A DNA stretch of 42,633 nucleotides from a virus (Duplodnaviria > Caudoviricetes), in IMG/VR virus record IMGVR_UViG_3300049004_000034, positions 1 through 42,633 of that record; one strand, written 5' to 3'. Below, in pieces: positions 42,401-42,633 of this stretch; within the stretch, counting starts at the first letter, position 1; each line of letters opens with the position of its first letter. Position numbers and translations under genes: made by a program. A model generated the notes under the pieces. The model had not been told where the DNA came from. It saw nothing but the letters and a program-made list of their open reading frames with translations, and made no database searches.

Positions 42401-42633
42401 TTATGACGACAGGCCGGTCAAGCGACCTATCGAATTCCTTCGATTAGTCGCCATCTCCATATAGGCCTCGATTGCGCCGTTCACATAGGTCGTCCCGATT
42501 TTGTACATGAGGATGCCTTTCCCTCCGTACTTTTCGGTAGCCCACTCGGGCGGGCCTCCACGCAGGATGAAAACGTGTTTCTTAACGGCCATGTAGAAAT
42601 CTTTGTCCGGGCAGTCCTGATGCCCCTGGACGC
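42401..42633 (-). CDS. Major capsid protein, 3' part
   Basis: In frame with 1..1124 across the junction; ends EMATNRRNSIGRLTGLSS, a typical capsid C-terminus. Confidence 0.9.
   Translation of the reverse strand, partial: VQGHQDCPDKDFYMAVKKHVFILRGGPPEWATEKYGGKGILMYKIGTTYVNGAIEAYMEMATNRRNSIGRLTGLSS
42507..42633. repeat. 127-bp direct terminal overlap, copy 2
   Basis: Identical to 1-127. Confidence 0.97.

Noticed and set aside
42507-42633. Biological direct terminal repeat
   Set aside because: It cuts through the capsid gene and 127 bp equals a common assembler k-mer; best read as a circularisation overlap
1-42633. CRISPR array, rRNA, IS element or alternative genetic code
   Set aside because: No regularly spaced repeats, rRNA or transposase seen; core genes are uninterrupted in the standard code and all three stops are used

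Overview
The window is a complete, circularly assembled genome (about 42,506 bp plus a 127-bp end overlap) of a tailed phage with podovirus-like architecture. The host is probably an actinobacterium; this is inferred from high GC, pervasive leaderless TANNNT-N6-ATG genes and protein motifs of Solirubrobacterales/Thermoleophilia style. Minus-strand morphogenesis genes include TerL, portal, scaffold, major capsid (spanning the junction), adaptor/nozzle, a duplicated two-gene tail-fibre module, large basic ejection-type proteins, a virion peptidoglycan hydrolase and a lysis cassette. There are also an Hjc-like resolvase, SSB, two HNH nucleases, RNase HI and several RHH/HTH regulators. No integrase, DNA polymerase, primase, helicase, reverse transcriptase or CRISPR array is recognisable. 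The most unusual content is non-coding and regulatory: (1) an 81-nt tRNA-like gene with its own promoter, alanine identity elements (G3-U70, A73) and no normal anticodon arm, lying downstream of a ~250-nt structured RNA; (2) a structured ~450-nt non-coding region with a counter-transcribed small RNA directly upstream of RNase HI, resembling an RNA-primed ColE1-type origin; (3) a stand-alone ~90-nt sRNA; (4) a 14-bp palindromic operator at about 7 promoters; (5) antisense cargo cassettes interleaved in the structural operons; and (6) zinc-ribbon and RHH microproteins below the ORF cutoff. All functional calls rest on motif reading only; no database search was run.
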